From a bacterium (GTDB lineage Bacteria > Zhuqueibacterota > Zhuqueibacteria > Oceanimicrobiales > Oceanimicrobiaceae): 57,989 nucleotides of DNA. Positions within the stretch are counted from its first letter, which is position 1. Each line of letters begins with the position of its first letter. The stretch covers positions 1 through 57,989 of the forward strand of contig JBHHYI010000005.1 of assembly GCA_046757525.1 (NCBI GenBank), read 5' to 3'. The notes under the pieces are model-generated. The model ran no database searches, had not been told where the DNA came from, and saw only the letters and a program-made list of their open reading frames with translations. Both the position numbers and the translations under genes were made by a program. Below are positions 38,845 to 46,793 of this stretch, one piece after another.

Positions 38845-39111
38845 TTATTCCACGTCGAGTTTATCGACGATGGCCATGATCGTGGCGTCGACGGCTTTGT
38901 TTTCGGTTAACTCGGTCTGGCGTGCCGAGCTCCCTTGAGCCACCAACACGGTCTCCCCCACGCCTGCACCAACAGCATCCACCGCCACCAGAAAGCCATC
39001 TTTCAGTTTCTGTTCCAGGTCGACAGGCTTGACGATTTGCAACTTCATGCCCACCAGTTTTTCATCTTTGCGTGTTGCCCAGACCGTGCCTACCACTTTA
39101 GCAAGAATCAA
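38845..39111 (-). CDS. EutN/CcmL microcompartment pentamer (BMC-P)
   Basis: MILAKVVGTVWATRK, AVDAVGAGVGE, GSSAR, DATIMAIVD. Confidence 0.95.
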   Translation of the reverse strand: MILAKVVGTVWATRKDEKLVGMKLQIVKPVDLEQKLKDGFLVAVDAVGAGVGETVLVAQGSSARQTELTENKAVDATIMAIVDKLDVE

Positions 39112-39132
39112 TTGTCTCTCCTGAAACTAGGT

Positions 39133-39333
39133 TTAACCGTAGACCTCTTTGTCGTTGCACTTGCATACGCGCACAAACCGCTGGTTAAACTTCCAGGCCC
39201 CGCTGGACTCTTGCCTTTCTGAAACAACCAGTTGAACCGTAGTCAACGATTCACCACATTCGGGACAGTGGTTTCCATGATCTTTCGAACTTGATTTTGC
39301 AACTTTAGCAGCAAAACTTCTATCTTTGGCCAT
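39133..39333 (-). CDS. Small basic Zn-ribbon protein (66 aa), possibly DUF4295/bL38-like
   Basis: MAKDRSFAAK, CPEC and CKC, SGAWKF; AGGAG RBS. Confidence 0.7.
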   Translation of the reverse strand: MAKDRSFAAKVAKSSSKDHGNHCPECGESLTTVQLVVSERQESSGAWKFNQRFVRVCKCNDKEVYG

Positions 39334-39459
39334 TTCTTCTCCTATCACATTAAAATAGCAAGCATCAAATTTAACAATATTTCTCAAAAAGTCAATAAAA
39401 AACCGCCCTTTCCGGCGGTCCCAAAAAACAACGCACAGACGCTTTGCGACAAAGCGGGA

Positions 39460-40710
39460 CTACTTTTCTTGTAGGAGCTTTTTCAGTTGTGCCAATTCTT
39501 TTTCCAAATGATTGACCCGCATTTCCAGAATCTGGTTTCTTTCCATCCAGTTGATCGAATTGTTTGGTGAATCGGTTCTCAGGCTCCGATTGAGCAACGA
39601 GGTGGGGACGGGAACCGTTCGGTCTAACGCAAATTCTGGTTTGTTAGCGTAGGTTTTTTCGCCAATCTTAATATCCACATCCTTCAATTGGTCGTTGCGC
39701 AAAAACTGCAACGAAACGACCTTGCCGGGCTGAGTGTATTGCACCAAACGTGCTAACTCTTCGATATCGCTGACGCGTTTGTCAGAATACTTTACAATGA
39801 TGTCCCCCACGGACAACCCCACTTTTTGAGCTGGACTGTTTGCGAGTACTTTCTTGATTTCCGGTTTGCTTGCGTCATTTTTCCCTACAACGCCTAACCA
39901 GCCCTTTCTGACATAGCCAAACTCGAGGATGTCCTGGGCAATTCTCTTGATCCAATTGATTGGGTAAGCCAACGTGGTCTGACTAAAATTGTAACCCCAA
40001 AAGGGTTCCGCAGAACTTTCGCCTGTATTTAACCGCGCCGCGACGATGCCAACAATTTCCCCGTCAGTATTGAAAATAGGGCTGCCATTATTGCCGGGAT
40101 CTAACAAGGCGGAAACTTGAATGATGCCATCTTCCCTCAATCCACTCAACGATCCGACAACCACAGATGGATACACGCCCAATGAATTGCCGATAATGAT
40201 TATCCAGTTGCCAACAGAGAGGCGGTCAGAGTCGCCCAGTTTTGCAGGCACAAGATTTTCCCCTTCGATTTTCAAAACCGCGAATCCTGTTTCCGGGTCG
40301 TGACCGACGAACTCGGCCGGATATTGCACACCGTTGGCCAGCGTAATCGTGTTGTGATCAGCGCCCAGAACGATGCTGCTCCTGGTTATGATGTGCCCTT
40401 GCCGGTCAAAAATCAAGCCGCTGCCGATGTTCACGTAGGACACGGCTTTCTTTTCCATTTCCTCTGTCTTGAAAAACGACAGGAAACTGCTGCCCTTTGG
40501 AATCTTCACTTCGTGTGAAAATCTGGACCTAACCGTAACTACCGCCGCTTCGCTAGAGTCTATGAATTCAACAATTTCGCTTTCAAGCTTTTTTAAAGTG
40601 TCGCCAGCGAATGCTTTCGAAAATGGCTGGTAGACGAGAAACGCAACAAAGACAGGTAAATGCCAAACAAGAATTTGGCAAAGAAAACGTAGTTTACACA
40701 TCAAAATCAA
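39460..40710 (-). CDS. HtrA/DegS-like trypsin-fold + PDZ protein lacking the catalytic triad
   Basis: GSGLIF, G.WLGV, SPAQKVGL..GDII; triad motifs read TRSSIV, ETGFA, PGNNGSP. Confidence 0.88.
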   Translation of the reverse strand: MILMCKLRFLCQILVWHLPVFVAFLVYQPFSKAFAGDTLKKLESEIVEFIDSSEAAVVTVRSRFSHEVKIPKGSSFLSFFKTEEMEKKAVSYVNIGSGLIFDRQGHIITRSSIVLGADHNTITLANGVQYPAEFVGHDPETGFAVLKIEGENLVPAKLGDSDRLSVGNWIIIIGNSLGVYPSVVVGSLSGLREDGIIQVSALLDPGNNGSPIFNTDGEIVGIVAARLNTGESSAEPFWGYNFSQTTLAYPINWIKRIAQDILEFGYVRKGWLGVVGKNDASKPEIKKVLANSPAQKVGLSVGDIIVKYSDKRVSDIEELARLVQYTQPGKVVSLQFLRNDQLKDVDIKIGEKTYANKPEFALDRTVPVPTSLLNRSLRTDSPNNSINWMERNQILEMRVNHLEKELAQLKKLLQEK

Positions 40711-40742
40711 GGTCGTATGAAAATTAATTCATTCTGCTTTTT

Positions 40743-41330
40743 TCAAAATTCCAATTCTACAGTATGGATTTTATAGGAATTTCTAAGAGAGTCTGGATTT
40801 GTCGTAGGCGGTCTTTCAGTTCTTTCGGAACTTGATCGGAAACCTTTAGGGTTGACCACGTCCCAGGGATAATTTACCGCATCGGGTTGATCTTGAAAAA
40901 CCTGCTTGGGAGCAATGGATGGGTTGGAATTTGTTAGCTCTGAAGAGAAAGAATTTGAAGGGACATTCGTAACATCGGTTATGAAACTATTTTTCAAAGG
41001 ATTAAAGAGGAAGGCTGTGACCAGAATCACAGCCACGCCTGCCGTGAGGTACACCGGAATCCTAATTTGCCAATTTCCAAAACCACGACGACTTAAACTT
41101 CTTTCCATGCTTATGCGAGTTCTCAGGACGGTTACAAAATCCGGCGAGGTCTTTAACTTTCTTAGACTCTTGAGCCGCGCCTTGACCTCCTTTAAGTCTT
41201 CACACACCCTCCGACACCGAGAACAGCCGCCTAAATGCTTTTCAACCTCTTTTTTTTGCAAACCTTGCAAAGAACCATCCACATAATCGTTGATCGCAGG
41301 TTCAAACATTTTACAAGCTTTCATAAGCAC
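40743..41330 (-). CDS. Zinc-finger (zf-HC2) transmembrane anti-sigma factor
   Basis: HLGGCSRC motif, single TM, directly follows the ECF sigma. Confidence 0.88.
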   Translation of the reverse strand: MLMKACKMFEPAINDYVDGSLQGLQKKEVEKHLGGCSRCRRVCEDLKEVKARLKSLRKLKTSPDFVTVLRTRISMERSLSRRGFGNWQIRIPVYLTAGVAVILVTAFLFNPLKNSFITDVTNVPSNSFSSELTNSNPSIAPKQVFQDQPDAVNYPWDVVNPKGFRSSSERTERPPTTNPDSLRNSYKIHTVELEF

Positions 41331-41397
41331 ATCCCTCGGTCTTTTCTCTTAGTAAATCCGAATTGTCCAACTTAGATTGTTGAATAGAAACAAAGCA

Positions 41398-41994
41398 TTA
41401 CTTTATCCTCTTAAGATGTTTCAGTCGACTCTGTAATTTCAAACGCCCTCTGTTTACCCGGGATTTTACGGTTCCGATTGGAACTTTTATGATTTTACTT
41501 ATCTCCTCATACGAAAGTTCCTGTACATCACGCAAGAGAATAACTTGTCGAAACTTTGGAGATAACTTATTGATTTCTTTCTGGATTATTTCTTCTTTTA
41601 ATATGCCATCAGCCTGCGACTCAGGTGTGAGCCCTTCATCGGAGATTTCATAGTCCCGATCCTCAAAACCCAGGTCCGAAATAGAGAAAAGCTTTCGTCT
41701 TTTCCGCCGCCGCAACTCTGTGCGCGCAAGATTCCCCGCAATGGTGTATATCCACGTCGAGAACTTTGCAATCCGTTTGTAAGCTTTGCGCTTTCTATAA
41801 ACCCGAAGAAAAGTCTCTTGCACGATGTCTTCGGATTCTTCCTGGTTGCCGACGAACCGGAAAACGAAATTGAGCAGTTGATCTTTGTAACGCTTGACGA
41901 TTAAATCGAATGCGTACAGATCGCCTCGTTGGAATCTTTCAATTAACTCTTCATCAGAAGGTTGTTTGGATTCGTTGTTAGAAATGTCGGACAT
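41398..41994 (-). CDS. ECF sigma factor (RpoE/SigW-like)
   Basis: EDIVQETF, FSTWIYTIA, SYEEI..GTVKSR. Confidence 0.95.
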   Translation of the reverse strand: MSDISNNESKQPSDEELIERFQRGDLYAFDLIVKRYKDQLLNFVFRFVGNQEESEDIVQETFLRVYRKRKAYKRIAKFSTWIYTIAGNLARTELRRRKRRKLFSISDLGFEDRDYEISDEGLTPESQADGILKEEIIQKEINKLSPKFRQVILLRDVQELSYEEISKIIKVPIGTVKSRVNRGRLKLQSRLKHLKRIK

Positions 41995-42069
41995 ATATTT
42001 GTTCTAACGAATTTTTCTACCGCTAAACTTTCAAAAAGTTCCTGAAAATTAATCTTCAGACGGAACCAA

Positions 42070-43059
42070 CTATTTCATGATCTTGATCAGCAGACTTTCC
42101 AGCGCCATGCGTGGCTTTTGCGCGCTGGTTTTTAACATCAAATCGGTCTGCAACAAGTCGTCAAATATACGCTCATATTGCCGCGCAGCGTATTTGTCTG
42201 CCATCTCCTTGGTTTTGGCAATGAAAAAATGCGGAATCCCGGTCAACTCAGACAAGGCCTTGTGAGACGTTCTCTGCGCCATGGCGCCCTTGAGCTTGTA
42301 CAGATTCACAAAGTGCCGCGTGATCATAACCAGTATGCCTGATGGCTGCTCCCCGGATTGCAGCATCTGATCTAAAATCCTCAATGCCCTACTTAAGTCC
42401 TTGAAACCAATGGCATCAGTCAGGTCAAAAACGCTGTAAGTGCGGGAAAGCCCAACAACATTTTGGACATCTGTTTTTTCAATTTTATTTCGACTATCGA
42501 GATTTAGCAGGATTTTTTCTAATTCGTTGACGATTTCCCTCAAATTGTTGCCGGTTCTGGCATGTAGTATGGCCGCGGCCTCATCGGAGATTTCACAACC
42601 CTTTGGTTTCAGATAGGTAACGATCCAGGCGGGAATTTCGCGGTCATATAACGGATTGCATTCCACCAGCTCGGCTTTGCTCTTGATTCTCGAAAAGTGC
42701 CGGTTGCGAGAACCCGCTTTGTTACTCAGAAGAATCAACTTCGTCGTGGGCGAAGGATTCTCCAGGTAGTTAGCCACGACTTCGAGAGCTGAAGGTGAAA
42801 GCTTTTGCGCCTCCTTGACTACCACCACACGCGAATCCGACATCATGGGATAGGCGTTGACAATTTCCAGCAATTTGCCAGCCTCCACTTCTTTTCCGTA
42901 AAAAACGTCCAGGTTAAAGTCCCTGGTGGACGGATCACAGAAAGCAGTTAGGAGACGGTTTAGAGCATCCTCTACAAGAAAGTCTTCGTTGCCGATGAGA
43001 AGATACTCCGAAGAAAACGCTTTGTGTCCTATCTTGTTCAGGAATTCACGGTATTTCAT
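42070..43059 (-). CDS. holA: DNA polymerase III delta subunit
   Basis: YLLIGNEDFL, DFNLDVFYG, PMMSDSRVVVV, NELEK, VFDLTDA. Confidence 0.92.
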   Translation of the reverse strand: MKYREFLNKIGHKAFSSEYLLIGNEDFLVEDALNRLLTAFCDPSTRDFNLDVFYGKEVEAGKLLEIVNAYPMMSDSRVVVVKEAQKLSPSALEVVANYLENPSPTTKLILLSNKAGSRNRHFSRIKSKAELVECNPLYDREIPAWIVTYLKPKGCEISDEAAAILHARTGNNLREIVNELEKILLNLDSRNKIEKTDVQNVVGLSRTYSVFDLTDAIGFKDLSRALRILDQMLQSGEQPSGILVMITRHFVNLYKLKGAMAQRTSHKALSELTGIPHFFIAKTKEMADKYAARQYERIFDDLLQTDLMLKTSAQKPRMALESLLIKIMK

Positions 43060-43179
43060 TTAAGCATCCGTCTCAGCTTTTTGAGATTCTTTCTTCAGCG
43101 CCAGGGCTAAAGCAAAAACAAAGCCCCCCCAAACCAGGCCGAGAATGGTTATCATCAGTATGACCGCTGCGGCTGTCAT
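43060..43179 (-). CDS. MetS-like NSS transporter small subunit (39 aa, below ORF-track cutoff)
   Basis: MTAAAVILMITILGLVWGGFVFALALALKKESQKAETDA; WGG motif; GGAGG RBS; follows the NSS transporter. Confidence 0.85.
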   Translation of the reverse strand: MTAAAVILMITILGLVWGGFVFALALALKKESQKAETDA

Positions 43180-43203
43180 CCATCGCCTCCTCGCTTAAAA
43201 TAT

Positions 43204-44652
43204 TCACTCGGTTGCTGTTTTATTGAATAGCCAATTGTTGACCAGAATAAACACACCAATGGCCAGGCCCCATTGAAAAAGACAGGTACCGACGCTAAAC
43301 GTACGAAACGGATTCCACCAGCCCTGGGGATCGTAAGACGAGATGGCCTGATAGAACCACCATCCCAGCATGGCCAGGAACTCAATGGGAATGACGATGG
43401 TAACGACAACGTTAAACCAACGCCCGGCCTTCAGATCGTTGCCTTCAACATTGATCAAGTGCGTACGCATTTTGTCGACACCGTATTTGATTGCTGCGAA
43501 CGAGAAAAACATGCCGCTGACGATCAGGCCCACACCCCAGGCCCAGTCCTGGTTGTCGAAGAAGTTCAAACTCAGCGCTGAGGGCAGGCCGAGCAAAAAC
43601 CCGGTCACGCCAACAAAGAGAATGGCGTGGTGTCGGTCCAGGCCCGCATCCATGAAAATGCGGGTGGCCAACTCAATCATGGCGATGAGCGAAGAGAGCG
43701 CGGCAAAGGTCAAAGCCAGAAAAAAAACGACCATAAAAACCGAACCCAGCGGCATTTGCTCGAAAAGCCGCGGAATCCAAATGAAGGTGAGTCCGGTGTT
43801 GCCAGCACCCACAGCTTTCATGGCCTCGTCGTAGGGCAGTCTGGAAAATATGGTCGGGATGATGACCATGCCCGCTAACAAGGAGGCCGAATTGTTCCCC
43901 AATCCAGCAATGAAGGAGTTCAGCACCACATCTTCACGTTTCTTAATATAAACAGCATAGGTCAGAATCAGGCCCCAGCCCGCGCCGGTGGACCACGCTG
44001 ATTGCGAAAGTGCCTCCAACCAGGTTCGGTAATCCAGCAGCTTCCCGATCTCAGGTTTGAAGAGAAAGTTCAGTCCCTGGATGGCGCCGGGCAGGGTTAA
44101 AGCCCGCACTGCCGCAACGATTAACAAGAAAAACAAGGACGGGATCAGCACTTTGTTGGCCCGCTCAATGCCTCGCACCACACCCTTGTAGATCACAAAC
44201 GCGCCGATGCCCATGGCAATAAAATGAAAAAGTACCGGCTGGTAGCCCGAAGTGAACTGTTGCCAAAACTGGTTGGATTGCGCCAGATCGGCTGCGCCGG
44301 CCGTGGCGGCTACGAAATATTTTACACACCAACCCATGACCACCGAGTAGTAAAACATGATGGCCATGGTACAGAAGCCCACAAATGCGCCCATCCAGGT
44401 GTATTTTCTGCCAAGCAGTTTTCCGAACGCGCCCACGGTCCCGCGCCGGGTTTCTTTGCCCATGGCAAACTCGACAATAAGAAGGGGAATCGACCAGAGG
44501 AAGAGAAAAGTCAGCCAGGGAATGAGAAAGGATCCGCCCCCGTTTTGAGCAGCGATTCTTGGAAATCGCCAAATATTACCCGTGCCGACTGCCATGCCAA
44601 GCGCGGCCAGAATAAGCGCCCACCTCGATGAAAACAGCTCTGTCTGCCGCAT
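43204..44652 (-). CDS. Sodium-dependent transporter, NSS/SNF family
   Basis: AVGTGNIWRFP, NGGGSF, GIERANK; many TM helices. Confidence 0.95.
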   Translation of the reverse strand: MRQTELFSSRWALILAALGMAVGTGNIWRFPRIAAQNGGGSFLIPWLTFLFLWSIPLLIVEFAMGKETRRGTVGAFGKLLGRKYTWMGAFVGFCTMAIMFYYSVVMGWCVKYFVAATAGAADLAQSNQFWQQFTSGYQPVLFHFIAMGIGAFVIYKGVVRGIERANKVLIPSLFFLLIVAAVRALTLPGAIQGLNFLFKPEIGKLLDYRTWLEALSQSAWSTGAGWGLILTYAVYIKKREDVVLNSFIAGLGNNSASLLAGMVIIPTIFSRLPYDEAMKAVGAGNTGLTFIWIPRLFEQMPLGSVFMVVFFLALTFAALSSLIAMIELATRIFMDAGLDRHHAILFVGVTGFLLGLPSALSLNFFDNQDWAWGVGLIVSGMFFSFAAIKYGVDKMRTHLINVEGNDLKAGRWFNVVVTIVIPIEFLAMLGWWFYQAISSYDPQGWWNPFRTFSVGTCLFQWGLAIGVFILVNNWLFNKTATE

Positions 44653-44875
44653 ACTCCTCCCTTCTTTTGCCAAGAAAGACTTCCGTCAAACACCTCAGTG
44701 GTCACAGGCACGTGCCGGCACCTTAAAACGAAGCCACCTACCGTCAGGATCTGCCAGTGGCCTATGTCCCGAAACGCGCGTCCGGCGTAACGCTGACGTT
44801 CGCGTTTGCGCACGATTGCTTCCACATAAAACCATCTGGTGTTGGTCGGTTAAGAAACACCTTCCGGTGCACAGG

Positions 44876-45700
44876 TCAAGCTGTCATGATGACTAACCCA
44901 ACAATGCCCACCGCAAAGCAGTAATAGGCGAATCGGTCAAATCTACCCTGCTTAACCACCCCTAACAACCACTTAATAGCCAATAAACCGGAAAAATAAG
45001 CCGCGATTGTGCCGACGAGAATCTTCCAGAGCTCTACCCCTGCGGGTAAATTGGACAGCAATCTAACCGACTGCAGAATGGTGGCCCCTGAAACAATGGG
45101 AATTAACAAAAGGAAAGAAAATCGCGCCGATTCAACTTTTTGCACACCCAGCAGCATGCCTGCACTGATGGTCGTACCCGACCGGGAAATGCCGGGAAGG
45201 ATGGCGCCTACCTGGGCTACGCCTACCAAAAACGCTTTTAGGAACGAAAAGCTCGGCTGCTTTTCGTGCGCGAATCTTGAAGCCAACAGGATACCTCCGG
45301 TCACGACCAATGCGCCGCACACGAACTCGGGATGGGAAAAAGCTTCTTCAAAGGTCTCTTCAAAAAGGTAGCCTAAAATAGCTGCGGGCAAAGTGCCCAC
45401 GATTAGGAGTCCCAACAAGCGCAGTCCCTGCGCCTCGGCGTTGTTCGCTGCATTTGCGTTCGCGCGGAATCTAAGTAGAAGCAGCGCTCGCAACCCTTTG
45501 AGCAGCAAGAAAACCTCTTCTTTGAACAACGTTAAAACAGCCAACAATGTGCCGAAATGCACGAAGATTTCGAAGACGATGTTGTTTATTTCGATGCCTA
45601 ACAGGGCCTTCCCTAAAACCAGATGCCCCGAACTGCTGACCGGCAAGAACTCCGTCAAGCCCTGAACAACGCCTAACAACACGGCTTCCCAGGTGGACAA
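44876..45700 (-). CDS. uppP: Undecaprenyl-diphosphate phosphatase
   Basis: QGLTEFLPVSSSGH, PGISRSGTT. Confidence 0.96.
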   Translation of the reverse strand: MSTWEAVLLGVVQGLTEFLPVSSSGHLVLGKALLGIEINNIVFEIFVHFGTLLAVLTLFKEEVFLLLKGLRALLLLRFRANANAANNAEAQGLRLLGLLIVGTLPAAILGYLFEETFEEAFSHPEFVCGALVVTGGILLASRFAHEKQPSFSFLKAFLVGVAQVGAILPGISRSGTTISAGMLLGVQKVESARFSFLLLIPIVSGATILQSVRLLSNLPAGVELWKILVGTIAAYFSGLLAIKWLLGVVKQGRFDRFAYYCFAVGIVGLVIMTA

Positions 45701-45806
45701 TTCTCAATCCCTTCGTTAAGTTTGTTCCAGAACGGCAAAAATTTGCAGTCAATATAATTTATTTGCCACTATATTGCAAGGGAAAGTTTTGAGGCAACAC
45801 GGCAAC

Positions 45807-45835
45807 AAAAAAGGCTTTGACCGAAGCCAAAGCCT
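45807..45835 (-). terminator. Intrinsic terminator
   Basis: AGGCTTTG/CAAAGCCT stem plus T run on the minus strand. Confidence 0.65.
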
Positions 45836-45864
45836 GACGAAAAATGTGTAAGTGAACCTATTTG

Positions 45865-46347
45865 CTATTCAAACAGGTTAAACGTGATTCCGCCTGTCAA
45901 TCGAAATATGTTGTTGTCGCTGATGGTGAATTTCAGTTTTGTGAAAGCGGTTATATTCAGGGCTACCGGAAAATCAACGCCGCCCAACAAGTCTAAACCA
46001 ACGTCGGAGTCGCCACTGGTAGCCAAGATGGCCAGGCCGCCGCCAGCAAAAGGCTTCACAATTGAAACCACAGGGAGGTAATATCTGACATCGGTATTGA
46101 TGGCGACGATGGTGAAACTGTTTTTGCGCGAGAACTCGAGGCTGGGGTAGAGATTCAAGTTGGGAATGATTTCGCCAAAGTCTGCGTGGCCGCCCACGAA
46201 GACCGTCGTGTTATTGGGGCCTTCTGGTTCCACGAGTCCCAGACGCACTCCTATGCCTTTGAACCCAACACCTTGCGCCATCGAATTGCTAAATGCAGAA
46301 CTCACCATCACTACCGCAGCAAACATCGCCAGGAAACCTTTTGTCAT
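45865..46347 (-). CDS. Small outer-membrane beta-barrel protein
   Basis: Signal peptide, PFAGGGL, GGITF near the end; GGAGG RBS. Confidence 0.8.
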   Translation of the reverse strand: MTKGFLAMFAAVVMVSSAFSNSMAQGVGFKGIGVRLGLVEPEGPNNTTVFVGGHADFGEIIPNLNLYPSLEFSRKNSFTIVAINTDVRYYLPVVSIVKPFAGGGLAILATSGDSDVGLDLLGGVDFPVALNITAFTKLKFTISDNNIFRLTGGITFNLFE

Positions 46348-46450
46348 CGGAACCTCCTAACTCATGAACGTCGTGTTGCAATCCTGAGAAAAATGCCAGG
46401 GGCAGACCCCTCCCTACCTCCTCGCTCCTCATTTTCTATTCCTCAGAGGC

Positions 46451-46765
46451 TTACTTTTTTGTTAGCTTCTCCACTTCTTTGGTCAATTTGTCGATTTTCT
46501 GGTGCAGTTTCTTAAATTCATCCTCGTACGAAGGACGAATTTTAGCGAGCGTTTCGTTCACGCGTTTGTCCACAAAGTTTTTCACATAAGCCATCTCCTC
46601 ATCGGCTTTGTCCATCATGGCTTTTACAAACTTTGCGCCTTCGTCCTTCGAAAGCTCGCCGCGCTTGACCAGGTCTTCCATGATCTCCTGGGCCTTTTCT
46701 TTGGTCAAAGAGTAAATACCCAGACCGGCAAGCAGGGTCCTTTTGAGAATACCCGAGTTTTGCAT
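46451..46765 (-). CDS. Phasin-like (PhaF-type) protein
   Basis: LAGLG...TKEKA...DLVKRGEL..EG plus C-terminal coiled coil. Confidence 0.75.
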   Translation of the reverse strand: MQNSGILKRTLLAGLGIYSLTKEKAQEIMEDLVKRGELSKDEGAKFVKAMMDKADEEMAYVKNFVDKRVNETLAKIRPSYEDEFKKLHQKIDKLTKEVEKLTKK

Positions 46766-46793
46766 CTCACGTCACCTCCAGTGGTGCCAAGGT

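Noticed and set aside
44660..44875. Amino-acid riboswitch before the NSS transporter
   Set aside because: GC-rich, but no recognisable glycine, lysine, SAM or T-box consensus
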